DNA of 64,000 nt. It comes from an uncultured Candidatus Saccharibacteria bacterium (lineage in GTDB: Bacteria; Patescibacteriota; Minisyncoccia; SW-4-49-11). Made by a program: the position numbers and the translations under genes. A model generated the notes under the pieces. That model was given only the letters and a program-made list of their open reading frames with translations, was not told the origin of the DNA and did no database searches. This document shows, piece by piece, positions 21,870 to 31,682 of this stretch (position 1 is its first letter; each line of letters begins with the position of its first letter). The stretch covers positions 2,352 to 66,351 of the forward strand of contig CAZWIJ010000001.1 of the NCBI GenBank assembly GCA_964633865.1, in the 5' to 3' direction.

Positions 21870-22664
21870 TTATTTTCTATTAATAATAGTACTAAACACA
21901 AATAAAAATAAATTAACCATAATAATTGTTGCACCAGAAGGAAGATTAAATTTAAAAGAAATTAAGATTCCAATGAAAATAGAAAATATAGAGATGATAC
22001 CTGAGTTAATAAGAGTTTGCTTAAATCCACTAGATATTTGGAGAGAAGTATTCGCAGGGATAATTATTAGGGCAGATACAAGCATAATCCCAACCATACG
22101 AATTGCAAGTACAATGGTGATTGCTGTCAAGATAGAGAGAATTGATTGAATCAAATTAACTTTTACTCCGGAAACTTTGGCTTGCTCCATATCAAAAGTG
22201 ATATACAAAAGATCATAATAATAAAGATAAATGACAGATAGAATAATAACAGATAAGATAATAGAAAAAAATAATTCAGGTCTGGTAATAGTCAAAATAT
22301 TACCAAATAGATAACTAAATAAATCAATATTAAAACCTTTTCCAATACTAGAAAAAATTACTCCGGTAGAAATTCCAAAGGCACTGATAATCCCAATAGA
22401 GCTATCTCCATCTAGAAAAGATTTTTGAATCAAGAATTGAATTAGTAGTGAAGCCAAAATAACAATAGGAATAGCTATCCATAAAGGATAAATACCAAAG
22501 AATAAGCCAATAGCAATAGCTCCAAAACTTAAATGAGATAATCCATCACCAATCAAAGATAATTTTTTTAATACCAGAAAAACACCTAGAATAGCTGTTA
22601 GTAGCCCAATAAAAATACCACTAATTATGGCATTTTGGATAAAAGTATATTGAAAAATTTCCAT
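21870..22664 (-). CDS. znuB: Zn/Mn ABC transporter permease
   Basis: GDGLSH, YLFGNIL, multiple TM helices. Confidence 0.88.
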   Translation of the reverse strand: MEIFQYTFIQNAIISGIFIGLLTAILGVFLVLKKLSLIGDGLSHLSFGAIAIGLFFGIYPLWIAIPIVILASLLIQFLIQKSFLDGDSSIGIISAFGISTGVIFSSIGKGFNIDLFSYLFGNILTITRPELFFSIILSVIILSVIYLYYYDLLYITFDMEQAKVSGVKVNLIQSILSILTAITIVLAIRMVGIMLVSALIIIPANTSLQISSGFKQTLINSGIISIFSIFIGILISFKFNLPSGATIIMVNLFLFVFSTIINRK

Positions 22665-22667
22665 AAA

Positions 22668-23441
22668 TTAAATATTATGTTGTTTGCAAATTGAATGATG
22701 TTCTGAATCACTAAAATACATATTCATAGAATCATCTTGACAAAATTCTGATAAATCTCCCCAGAAAACTAGTTTTTTATTCAAGAAAAGAATTTTATTA
22801 GCAAATTCTTTGAGACTATTTATGTCATGAGTTATTAGTAAAATAGTTATTTTGTGATCAGTATTTAAAGATTTCAAAATTTCTAAGAAATCTTTTCTAA
22901 TCTCAGGGTCAAGAGCATTGGTTGGTTCATCTAGAATTAATAATTCAGGGTTAGAAACAATAGTTTTAGCTAAAAAGACTCTTTGTTGTTGTCCTCCTGA
23001 TAATTCTTTTAGTGAATAATCTTTTAAATCTGAAATTTGTAATTTCTGAAGAGCATCCATAACAGCCAAATTATCTTCCCTAGAAGGTATTTTAGGGAAT
23101 TTTAATAAAGATATTCTGCCAAGCATAACAATTTCAAAGACAGTGGATGGAAAATTTATAGATCTTATAGCTTGCTTTTGAGATAAATAACCTATTTTAT
23201 ACCAATTATTAAATTTAGATAATGACTCATCGAATAAATTTATCTCTCCAGTAAAACTTTGTAAACCAAGTAGAGCTCTTATCATAGTTGTTTTCCCAGC
23301 TCCATTTGGTCCAAATATTCCTACGAAATCTCCTTTTTCAATATTAAGAGATATGTTATTTAATATTATTGAATTTTGTATTGTAACAGATAAATTTTTT
23401 ATTTTGATAATATTTTTCATATATAAATTATTTACATCCAA
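22668..23441 (-). CDS. znuC: Zn/Mn ABC transporter ATPase
   Basis: GPNGAGKT, LSGGQQQR, LDEP, THD. Confidence 0.88.
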   Translation of the reverse strand: MDVNNLYMKNIIKIKNLSVTIQNSIILNNISLNIEKGDFVGIFGPNGAGKTTMIRALLGLQSFTGEINLFDESLSKFNNWYKIGYLSQKQAIRSINFPSTVFEIVMLGRISLLKFPKIPSREDNLAVMDALQKLQISDLKDYSLKELSGGQQQRVFLAKTIVSNPELLILDEPTNALDPEIRKDFLEILKSLNTDHKITILLITHDINSLKEFANKILFLNKKLVFWGDLSEFCQDDSMNMYFSDSEHHSICKQHNI

Positions 23442-24420
23442 GACCTAATTCTAGTTCATTTAGATTATTTCTCATTATATCAAAGAAAGTAATATTTTGT
23501 TCAAATTCGTTTCGGCTAATATTAGAAGCTGCGCTAATTGCTCTTACAGGAACACCTGTTTCACTAGATATTAAATTAGCTATTTTAGGGTCAACTAATT
23601 CTTCTGTAAAAACAGCTTTTGTGTTTGAGTTTTTAACAATCTCAACTAATTTAACTATATCTTGAGCTGTGGGCTCTGAATCAGGAGTAAATCCTTGAGC
23701 TGATGTATAAGCTAAGCCATACTTTTTAGCTAAGTATCCAAAAGCATAGTGTCCTCCATGAACCAATGACCTACTGGAGCAAGCATTCAGTCCATTTTGA
23801 AAATCTTGATCTAATTTAGTTAAATTATCTTTGTATAATTCAGCATTTTTTATATATAAAGCTGAATTTTTAGAATCTTTTTCTTGTAGCTTTGTAGATA
23901 TTGTATTTACCATAATTTTTGTGTTATCAAAATCTAGCCAAAAATGAGGATCTTTAGTATGAGAATGATCTTCTTTTTCTTCATCATTATGATCTTCTCC
24001 TTCATGAATATCTTTATCTTCTTCTATTTCTAATAAAGTAATTCCTTCACTAACATCAACTATTAAAGGAGGATTTTCTAAACTGTCTATGACTTTGGAT
24101 ACCCCAGGCTCCATCTCAGATCCGGTATAAATAAATATGTCAGCTTGATTTATCTCTTGTATATCAAGTGGAGTTGGTTCAAAAGAATGAGCTTCTACAC
24201 CAGGAGGTAATAATAGAGTAACTTGATTAGAGTTTGATACAGATTTAGCTATGTCATAAACAGGGAATAGGGTAGTGACAATTTTTAATTTGGTCTGATT
24301 AGAGTTAGAACTCAATGTAGAGGTCAAATCTTTATTTTCATCAGTTGAGATCAAATAGTAGCTTAAGCTAACAAAAGTAATTAAAGCGATACCTAAAAAA
24401 AATAGTTTTTGCTTACTCAT
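23428..24420 (-). CDS. znuA: Zn ABC transporter substrate-binding protein
   Basis: EAHSFEP, His/acidic loop, DPHFWL. Confidence 0.9.
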   Translation of the reverse strand: MSKQKLFFLGIALITFVSLSYYLISTDENKDLTSTLSSNSNQTKLKIVTTLFPVYDIAKSVSNSNQVTLLLPPGVEAHSFEPTPLDIQEINQADIFIYTGSEMEPGVSKVIDSLENPPLIVDVSEGITLLEIEEDKDIHEGEDHNDEEKEDHSHTKDPHFWLDFDNTKIMVNTISTKLQEKDSKNSALYIKNAELYKDNLTKLDQDFQNGLNACSSRSLVHGGHYAFGYLAKKYGLAYTSAQGFTPDSEPTAQDIVKLVEIVKNSNTKAVFTEELVDPKIANLISSETGVPVRAISAASNISRNEFEQNITFFDIMRNNLNELELGLGCK

Positions 24421-24474
24421 AAATTATTCTTTTAAATGTTAATATTAATTATTATAAAACATAAATAATATAAA

Positions 24475-24489
24475 TGCAAGTTTTTTGCA
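24475..24489. promoter_or_regulatory. Candidate Zur-type operator
   Basis: Palindrome TGCAA-N5-TTGCA about 55 nt upstream of znuA. Confidence 0.55.
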
Positions 24490-24592
24490 AAAAAATAAGA
24501 TATATAGATATAACAATATATAATCATTTGACAATATAATAATATATTGTTATCATTAAGGATGAACAAAATTTTATTTAAGAGGTCAATAT

Positions 24593-24793
24593 ATGTGTAT
24601 ACACACAGCAACTTTCAAAGGAAAAAATGTCAGAATAGTCTTGAGAAATGGCACGGTTTTTGAGGATAAGTACCTTGATACGAAATCAAGGTATATTCTT
24701 TTTCAAAAAAAAGGATGGGTTCTAAAAGAAACTATAAAGAACTTTAGTATAAGGCAGCTAAGATCAGGACAAAGGTATCCTAAAATGATTTGA
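24593..24793 (+). CDS. Small basic hypothetical protein (66 aa)
   Basis: Own TTGACA-17-TATCAT promoter (24528-24556) and SD AAGAGG. Confidence 0.7.
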   Translation: MCIHTATFKGKNVRIVLRNGTVFEDKYLDTKSRYILFQKKGWVLKETIKNFSIRQLRSGQRYPKMI

Positions 24794-24801
24794 AAATAAT
24801 T

Positions 24802-25815
24802 TTAAATTTTTACTAGATTAGACTCTTCACCTGCAAGAGTCTTTTTTATATTATCAACTGTTGTTTCTAATATTCTATAATTAGCTTCGATTGAGTTAAA
24901 TCCATTATGAGGGGTTACTATGACTCGAGGATCTTTTATTAAATAGTGACTTTGTAGTACAGTATGTAGGTCACATTCACCCTTGAAATCTTTGGATAAA
25001 AGCATTTTGTGATCCTTTATATAACATTCTTCTTCTAGGACATCAAGTCCAGCCCCAGAAATAATATTATTTTCTAGTCCCCAGATTAATGCATCTGTAT
25101 CGATCAAACCACCTCTAGCAGTATTAATAATATAAACACCTTTTTTCATTTTTTGGATAGCTTCTTTGTTAATAATATGATGAGTTTCAGAATTATAATT
25201 TGTATGTAGAGAGATTATGTCTGAGGAATTTAATAGCTCATCTAATGATACATATTTAAATCCTAATTCTAAACCCAAATCTTCTCTTGGAAAAGCATCA
25301 AAAGCTTTAATTTTCATGTCGAATCCTTTTGCAATTTTAGCTGTATGATAACCAATTCTTCCCATTCCAATAATACCTAAAGTTTTTCCTTTTAAATCAA
25401 ATCCTAATAATCCTTCAGGTGAAAAATTTAATTCAGCAGTTCTTTCTAAAGATTCATAAATTCTTCTTGATAATGCTAAAATCAAAGCAAAAGTATGTTC
25501 TGCAACTGTGTTTTCTCCATAAAAAGGGACATTATGTACAGAAATATTTTTTGATTTACAATAATTGATATCAATATGATCAAATCCAGTAGACATTGTA
25601 AATATAGCTTTCAAATTTGGCATAGCATCAATTATCTCCTTGGTAACTTGTGAATAAACAAAAACTACTAAATATTCTGAATCACTATATTCTTTAGCTA
25701 AATCTAAATTTATAGATTCTTTTACATAATTTATTTTTGAATCTGATTTTAGGTTTTTTTCAAAGTATTCTTTTTGGAAAGATTCGATTTCAAATATAGT
25801 AATCTCATTTTGCAT
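24802..25815 (-). CDS. D-2-hydroxyacid (D-lactate-like) dehydrogenase
   Basis: STGFDHID, VAEH, GMGRIG, INTARG, LDVLEEE, TPH. Confidence 0.9.
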   Translation of the reverse strand: MQNEITIFEIESFQKEYFEKNLKSDSKINYVKESINLDLAKEYSDSEYLVVFVYSQVTKEIIDAMPNLKAIFTMSTGFDHIDINYCKSKNISVHNVPFYGENTVAEHTFALILALSRRIYESLERTAELNFSPEGLLGFDLKGKTLGIIGMGRIGYHTAKIAKGFDMKIKAFDAFPREDLGLELGFKYVSLDELLNSSDIISLHTNYNSETHHIINKEAIQKMKKGVYIINTARGGLIDTDALIWGLENNIISGAGLDVLEEECYIKDHKMLLSKDFKGECDLHTVLQSHYLIKDPRVIVTPHNGFNSIEANYRILETTVDNIKKTLAGEESNLVKI

Positions 25816-25938
25816 ATATATTTTATTTAAATTTATAAATTCTAACTACAATTTTATTATATAATTAAAATTGTATATTTAAAAGAGTAAAAAAATATGT
25901 TAATATGAATTTATGATAAAAATATTAGGAAAATAATT

Positions 25939-26691
25939 ATGATAAATATAGATTTAGCTTTTATAATATCTAGTTTTATAGCTGGTATTTTGACATTTCT
26001 TGCTCCTTGTACATTCCCTTTGATTCCAGCATATATAGGGTTTATCACTGGTGAAGGCTCTATAGATAAAAATAAAAATTATAAAAAAGACATACTTTAT
26101 AATGGAATATTTTTTGTTCTTGGATTCACATTGATATTTGTTTTATTTGGATTATTTGCAATTAGCTTAGCTAAATTGATAGGTCCTAATTATAGGCAAA
26201 TACTTTCTCGTATAGGAGCTGTAATTATTATATTTTTTGGCTTAAATCTATTAGGTGTATTTAAATTAAAATTTTTACAACAAACAATCAATTTGAAATT
26301 TCCACGATATATGACCCCAGGAAGTAAAAGAAGTTCATTTTTGTTAGGAGTTTCACTTGCTTTTGGGTGGAGTCCTTGTATTGGTCCTATTTTGGGAAGT
26401 ATTCTTACTTTAACTTTCAATGTAAGTACAGTCTATTCTGGAGTGTTAATGATGTTAGTTTTTTCTATCGGATTAGCGGTACCATTTATTTTGACAGCAA
26501 TTTTTATAGGAGAATTTACGGGATTTATAAAAAAAATAGAATCTGCCACAGTATGGATATCTAAATTAAGTGGATTAATTCTAATCTTTATAGGTGTTCT
26601 TTTAATGACAAATTATTTTGGTTATTTTAGTAATAAAATTTTCAAGTGGTTTGATTTCTTTAATTATGATTCATTATTAGATTTATTATAA
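25939..26691 (+). CDS. ccdA: CcdA-type thiol:disulfide transmembrane electron transporter
   Basis: FLAPCTFPLIP and WSPCIGPIL. Confidence 0.88.
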   Translation: MINIDLAFIISSFIAGILTFLAPCTFPLIPAYIGFITGEGSIDKNKNYKKDILYNGIFFVLGFTLIFVLFGLFAISLAKLIGPNYRQILSRIGAVIIIFFGLNLLGVFKLKFLQQTINLKFPRYMTPGSKRSSFLLGVSLAFGWSPCIGPILGSILTLTFNVSTVYSGVLMMLVFSIGLAVPFILTAIFIGEFTGFIKKIESATVWISKLSGLILIFIGVLLMTNYFGYFSNKIFKWFDFFNYDSLLDLL

Positions 26692-26694
26692 AAT

Positions 26695-27447
26695 ATGAAA
26701 TACTTAATAAAAAACAAAATTTTCTTAATCTCAAGCATAATAATATTTTTTATTAGCTTTTTTCCTGTTTATTTCATTTTTAATCCAAATGATTTTCCAT
26801 TTGACATAAATATATTTATTGGAGTATCTGTTTTTAGTAGTATAATATTCTTTTTCCCAATTTTATATATATGTTTTAAAAGTTTTAAGAAGCACTTTTT
26901 TAGTCTGATTTTAATATCTTTTTATGCTATTTTAATAGAAAATATAGCTATATTAACAGGATTCCCTTATTCAAAATTTGTGTATTCTAATTTGATGGGC
27001 CCAAAATTTTTATTTGTTCCAATTACTTTGCCATTTGCTTGGATACCAATATTTTTTCTAGCTCTTATTATAGTTTATAAGATTAAAAATAAAATGACCA
27101 AAATAATTTCAGGAGGATTAATTATGACATATTTTGATCTTGTCCTAGATCCTGGAGCCACAAATATAGGTTTTTGGATATGGGAAATTAAATCAGGTTT
27201 TTATAATGTACCATATATAAATTTTTTTGGTTGGATCTTGACAAGTACATTAGCATTTATTCTTTGGGAATCAATTTATCCCAAATTCTCACCTAAAGTT
27301 CAAGACCAAAAATATTTACTTTTGTCAGGTATATATACCTTAGTATTCTTTATGGGAGTTAATTTTTGGTTAGGGCAAATAATTCCAGTAATATTAGGAC
27401 TAATTTTATGGATATATATTTATAAAAATTTTTTTATTAAAAAATAA
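26695..27447 (+). CDS. CruF/DUF422 'carotenoid biosynthesis' membrane protein
   Basis: E...TGFPY, VP..PFAW, DLVLDP, VPYINFFGW. Confidence 0.8.
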   Translation: MKYLIKNKIFLISSIIIFFISFFPVYFIFNPNDFPFDINIFIGVSVFSSIIFFFPILYICFKSFKKHFFSLILISFYAILIENIAILTGFPYSKFVYSNLMGPKFLFVPITLPFAWIPIFFLALIIVYKIKNKMTKIISGGLIMTYFDLVLDPGATNIGFWIWEIKSGFYNVPYINFFGWILTSTLAFILWESIYPKFSPKVQDQKYLLLSGIYTLVFFMGVNFWLGQIIPVILGLILWIYIYKNFFIKK

Positions 27448-27450
27448 TAT

Positions 27451-28068
27451 ATGAAAAAAATTTTAATCATAGATTTTAATAAAACATTACAAGATAGATT
27501 AATGTGGCAAAGTATAAAAGATCCAGAAAATCCCTTATACGGAAATTTTGACAGAATAGATAATTTTATTTTCAAAGAAAGAAGAGATTTATTAGAAGCT
27601 TGGCTGATAGGGAGTATCAATACTGAAGATGTTCATGAAGAAATAAGTGATAAATTAAATCTAGACTATAAAATACTTTTGGATAGCTTTATCTATGATT
27701 GTGAACAGATGATAGTGAATGAAGAGTTTTTATTTGTCCTAGAAAAATTACAAGAAAAATTTTGGTTAATCCTAGCAACTGATAATATGGATAGTTTTGA
27801 TAGATTTATCCTACCACAAAATCCATATTTGAAGGTTTTATTTGACGAAATCCATAATTCTTATAATTTAAGGATTAGAAAATCCACTAATAATGGAGAA
27901 TATTTTAAAAGAGTTTTATACAAGTATAATATTTTAGCAAAAGATATGATATTAGTAGATGATTCTACCAAAAGTTGTTTACCTGCAAAGGAGATGGGAA
28001 TAGAAGTCTATCAACCTAAAAGTATAAAAGAAACACTTGATATTCTGAATAAGTTATCAACATATTGA
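27451..28068 (+). CDS. HAD-like hydrolase
   Basis: IIDFNKTL (atypical motif I), LATDN, LVDDS. Confidence 0.7.
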   Translation: MKKILIIDFNKTLQDRLMWQSIKDPENPLYGNFDRIDNFIFKERRDLLEAWLIGSINTEDVHEEISDKLNLDYKILLDSFIYDCEQMIVNEEFLFVLEKLQEKFWLILATDNMDSFDRFILPQNPYLKVLFDEIHNSYNLRIRKSTNNGEYFKRVLYKYNILAKDMILVDDSTKSCLPAKEMGIEVYQPKSIKETLDILNKLSTY

Positions 28069-28094
28069 CAATATATAATCAAATCAAGTATAAT
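28065..28094 (+). promoter_or_regulatory. Promoter of the pilin array
   Basis: TTGACA-18-TATAAT. Confidence 0.55.
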
Positions 28095-28124
28095 AGGTAA
28101 TATATATACATAAATTATAATTAT

Positions 28125-28532
28125 ATGATAAATAAATTAAGTAAAATAATTTTAGGTTTAGGTTTGTTTTCAATATTAGGCTTTAATTTCTATGGTCTGA
28201 ATCTAAGTTTTGTAGAAATAGCCTCAGCTGGGATAGAAGTAACACAAGATACTAGAAATGCTGGAGTTATTCCTGATGTAGAATTAAATAATGAAGAAAC
28301 AAGCTTCATTGAGACAGTACAAATTTTTATTAATTGGATCTTAGGTTTCTTAGGAATTATTGTGTTTGGATTATTCTTGATTGCTGGATTTCAATATGCA
28401 ACTGCAGGTGGTGATGAAGGTACAACCAAAAAAGCACTGTCTACAATGACAAATGCTGTTATTGGTTTGATAATTCTATTCTTTGCTTTCTCCGCTACCA
28501 ATCTTATTGTTGGATTTGCATTAAATGTGTAG
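28125..28532 (+). CDS. VirB2/TrbC-like (CPR T4SS-type) pilin 1
   Basis: Signal peptide and two TM helices joined by AGFQYATAGGDE...KA...NAVIGL. Confidence 0.82.
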   Translation: MINKLSKIILGLGLFSILGFNFYGLNLSFVEIASAGIEVTQDTRNAGVIPDVELNNEETSFIETVQIFINWILGFLGIIVFGLFLIAGFQYATAGGDEGTTKKALSTMTNAVIGLIILFFAFSATNLIVGFALNV

Positions 28533-28553
28533 TAATTCCTATATTAAAAAAAA

Positions 28554-29360
28554 ATGAGACCAAAACAAAAAATAATTATATTAATAGTAACTATATTTAC
28601 TATTTTAAATATAAATATAGTTCTAGCTAATACACCTTGTACTAATAATTCACAGTGTAATTCTAATCAAATTTGTGAAGATAGTAAGTGTAAAGGAAAA
28701 TCAGGAGCTACATGTACTACTAGTTCAAGAACACTTACAGAAGCTGAATGGGAATCTTATGAAAATAATCCAGATGGACCAACTATAAATACTAGAATAG
28801 ATCCATCTGATAATTGTGAAATAGGACTTTTTTGTGATAATAAGAAAAAATGTTGTACTTATGGAGCATGTGATTGGGAAGGAACTCAACCCAATGATCC
28901 TAACCCTCCATCAGATCCTGATACTGATCCAGATGATGATATAGATCCAACAAACCCTACTTTTGATGATGGAAACTCTCTTGATGACACAGAATTTCAA
29001 GGTGGAGTATCAGTATCCAGAGATGAAAGTATTGATAGTGGAGATTTATCTACAGGTGGAAGTGGAGCAGGCTCAGAAAATAGAACAATTTTACTACCAG
29101 ATACAGAATTAAATGATAGTAATTCTAGTCTTCTTGGAGAAGTAGAGAGACTTATCAATTGGACTTTGGGATTTTTGGGTATATTGGTATTTAGTATGAT
29201 GTTATTTGCAGGATTTGAATATGCAACTGCAGGTGGAGATGAAGCTAAAACAAATAAGGCTATTTCCAGAATAAAAGCAACAGTGATTGGTTTAGTCATT
29301 TTATTCTTTGCATTTGTCACAACCAATCTTATTGTAGGGTTAGCTTTAGGTAGAATTTAG
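28554..29360 (+). CDS. VirB2/TrbC-like pilin 2 with a 10-Cys N-terminal domain and a Pro/Asp linker
   Basis: Same AGFEYATAGGDE pilin core preceded by a Cys-rich insert. Confidence 0.8.
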   Translation: MRPKQKIIILIVTIFTILNINIVLANTPCTNNSQCNSNQICEDSKCKGKSGATCTTSSRTLTEAEWESYENNPDGPTINTRIDPSDNCEIGLFCDNKKKCCTYGACDWEGTQPNDPNPPSDPDTDPDDDIDPTNPTFDDGNSLDDTEFQGGVSVSRDESIDSGDLSTGGSGAGSENRTILLPDTELNDSNSSLLGEVERLINWTLGFLGILVFSMMLFAGFEYATAGGDEAKTNKAISRIKATVIGLVILFFAFVTTNLIVGLALGRI

Positions 29361-29426
29361 AAATAATAATATTACAAAAATATAATATTTATGTTAATAT
29401 AATACTATATACTTAATTCAATTCAA

Positions 29427-29828
29427 ATGTCTACTAAAATAAAAATATTTCTCAATATAATAATACTCTCAATTATATTATTATCATTGAATGTTATCAC
29501 TATTTCATATGTAAATGCTGATGGATATGTAGCACCAGATGCAGAGAGAATAGGAGCTACAACTTTACCTAATACAGATGTGTATCAGTCTACAAGTCTT
29601 ATTGAAACAATAGAAATCTTTATCAATTGGGTATTGGGATTTTTGGGAATAATAGTATTTAGTATGTTTTTATTCTCAGGATTTGAATATGCAACCGCAG
29701 GTGGTGATGAAGGTAAGGCTAAGAAGTCAATAGAAAGAATCCAAAATACAGTAATAGGAATGATAATCTTATTTTTTGCTTTCGTCTCAACCAATTTAAT
29801 AGTGGGCTTATCTCTAGGTAGAATTTAA
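29427..29828 (+). CDS. VirB2/TrbC-like pilin 3
   Basis: SGFEYATAGGDE core, paralogous to pilins 1 and 2. Confidence 0.82.
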   Translation: MSTKIKIFLNIIILSIILLSLNVITISYVNADGYVAPDAERIGATTLPNTDVYQSTSLIETIEIFINWVLGFLGIIVFSMFLFSGFEYATAGGDEGKAKKSIERIQNTVIGMIILFFAFVSTNLIVGLSLGRI

Positions 29829-29833
29829 ATTAT

Positions 29834-30808
29834 ATGAAAAAAATTATAATCAATCAATCAATCTTAGTAAATATTCTAAAAATAACTTTTTTAATGATAG
29901 TTTTTGTGAGTGGAGTAGGGGAGGTGAGTGCAGCAGCTCAAGATGAAGCTTGTAGAGGTAAGCAACCTTTTGAAAAATGTATATATGGTTCTGCTGATCC
30001 TAATACAACAAATTATGCATGTATACCAAAACAATCTGGTGATAATGGTATCCCAGGTAATTTATTTTGTGAAAATTCAGAATCCAACATAACAAAAGCT
30101 AAAGAATGTAAATGGAAATTGACAGAAGGAGTTGTTTGTATGAAAGGTACAACACTAGGTGAGTGTATAGAAGTAATTTCAGTTGGTAGAACTAAAACTT
30201 ATACATGTAAAACTACTGATCCAGAGTCAGACTGTACTACTCTAGCCTGTGATAAAAAGTCTCCTCCTCAGACCTGTAAGGTCACTAATGGAACAGCAGC
30301 TTGCGATGCTAAAGATTCTTGTAATGATGCTTGTAAAAGTGATCCTGATAAACCAAAATGTCAGATAACAGGAACTGGTGGAGCAGGCACATGTGTTGCA
30401 GAGGATGATTATAAGTGTAAAGATAATCCTTGTACTGGAGCTACACCACATTGTATTGTGAAAAATGGAACGGGTACTTGTTCTTCAGCTAATATCCCAG
30501 CTCCTGATCTAGTTGATCCCAATGATCCAAATACACCTACTCCAACCATAGAATATGTAGAGTTCAAAAATCCTATAAGATTCAATAATATAATAGAGCT
30601 ATTAGCAGGAATCACAAATGCATTACTTACACTTCTAGGAGTGATAGCGGTACTAGTAGTAATGTCTGCAGGATTTAAGTATATGACAAGTTCTAATCCT
30701 GGAGAAGTATCTCAAGCGGTGGGAGGAATCAGGAATGCTGTAATAGGAATAGTAGTTATTATGGGAGCATACTTAATAGTGAATTATGTAATAAGTTCAG
30801 TTTTATAA
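29834..30808 (+). CDS. VirB2/TrbC-like pilin 4 with a 20-Cys repeat domain
   Basis: FKNPI...AGFKYMTS...IRNAVIG core preceded by Cys-rich repeats. Confidence 0.78.
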   Translation: MKKIIINQSILVNILKITFLMIVFVSGVGEVSAAAQDEACRGKQPFEKCIYGSADPNTTNYACIPKQSGDNGIPGNLFCENSESNITKAKECKWKLTEGVVCMKGTTLGECIEVISVGRTKTYTCKTTDPESDCTTLACDKKSPPQTCKVTNGTAACDAKDSCNDACKSDPDKPKCQITGTGGAGTCVAEDDYKCKDNPCTGATPHCIVKNGTGTCSSANIPAPDLVDPNDPNTPTPTIEYVEFKNPIRFNNIIELLAGITNALLTLLGVIAVLVVMSAGFKYMTSSNPGEVSQAVGGIRNAVIGIVVIMGAYLIVNYVISSVL

Positions 30809-30821
30809 AAATACTAAATAA

Positions 30822-30851
30822 AAAACCGTATATTCATAAAATATACGATTT
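30822..30851. terminator. Terminator between convergent genes
   Basis: AAAACCGTATATT...AATATACGATTTT stem. Confidence 0.5.
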
Positions 30852-30874
30852 TAATTATTGTTTAATTTAAAAAT

Positions 30875-31597
30875 TTATTCATTAGCTTGATAAACTAATA
30901 TAGCATTAGGCCATTCTTGTTTTGTTTCACCACTCTCTTTTTCAATTCTCATCGAATCTTGAGAAGGTAATTCCCACTGTAAGATTAGTATATTTTCCTT
31001 CATTATTTTTTCTGGGTATTTCTTGCATTTGCTATTTTCTGTAGCAATAGCAAGAGAATCACCATTAATATATATTGATTGTACTAGATTGCCGCCATCA
31101 TTGTCATAAGCCCCCGTGAAGCAGATTTGGATTTTTCCAGTTTGGGGCATAGTAAATCTTACTTTAGAGCCATCACTTGGAATAATTCCAAGTTCAGTAT
31201 AACCTAATGGAATTACAGGAGGATTAGGATCAAAAAATCTACTCTGAGCCAATTGAACTTTAGGTCTAGGAATAGGCTTATTCACCTGAGCTTTTAAGTG
31301 ATCTGGAAGTGTATTGTAATACCTTTCTTTTAAATGATCAGGCAGATTATTGTAAGTCTGCAATTTAATTCTTTGGGAATTCTGATTAATTTGCATAATT
31401 ATCCAGAATGTAGGAATTCCTATTAATATTAATGTAATTATTGTCCAAATTAAACCCCAATTAAACTTAGAAGCTTCTTTTACATCAGCTTTAGGAGTAG
31501 CAGTCTTAGAGCTAGTATTTTGCTTTGTTTCAGATTTAGTATCTGAGGTGGGAGTGGGGTTTGAATCACTTCCTTTAAGGTTGTTTTGAAATCCCAT
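30875..31597 (-). CDS. Hypothetical single-pass membrane protein
   Basis: Disordered N-terminus, TM helix, duplicated YNxLPDHLK; own promoter at 31632-31660. Confidence 0.75.
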   Translation of the reverse strand: MGFQNNLKGSDSNPTPTSDTKSETKQNTSSKTATPKADVKEASKFNWGLIWTIITLILIGIPTFWIIMQINQNSQRIKLQTYNNLPDHLKERYYNTLPDHLKAQVNKPIPRPKVQLAQSRFFDPNPPVIPLGYTELGIIPSDGSKVRFTMPQTGKIQICFTGAYDNDGGNLVQSIYINGDSLAIATENSKCKKYPEKIMKENILILQWELPSQDSMRIEKESGETKQEWPNAILVYQANE

Positions 31598-31682
31598 AAA
31601 TTAAAAATTGTAAATATGAAAGAACTAGAAGATTTTAGCATAAAAACAACATTTTGTCAATATTTATTATCAATAAATAAAA

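Noticed and set aside
28330-29828. Similar pilin 3' ends as possible DGR template/variable repeats
   Set aside because: Differences look mostly synonymous and are not adenine-specific, all copies are coding, and no reverse transcriptase is in the window.
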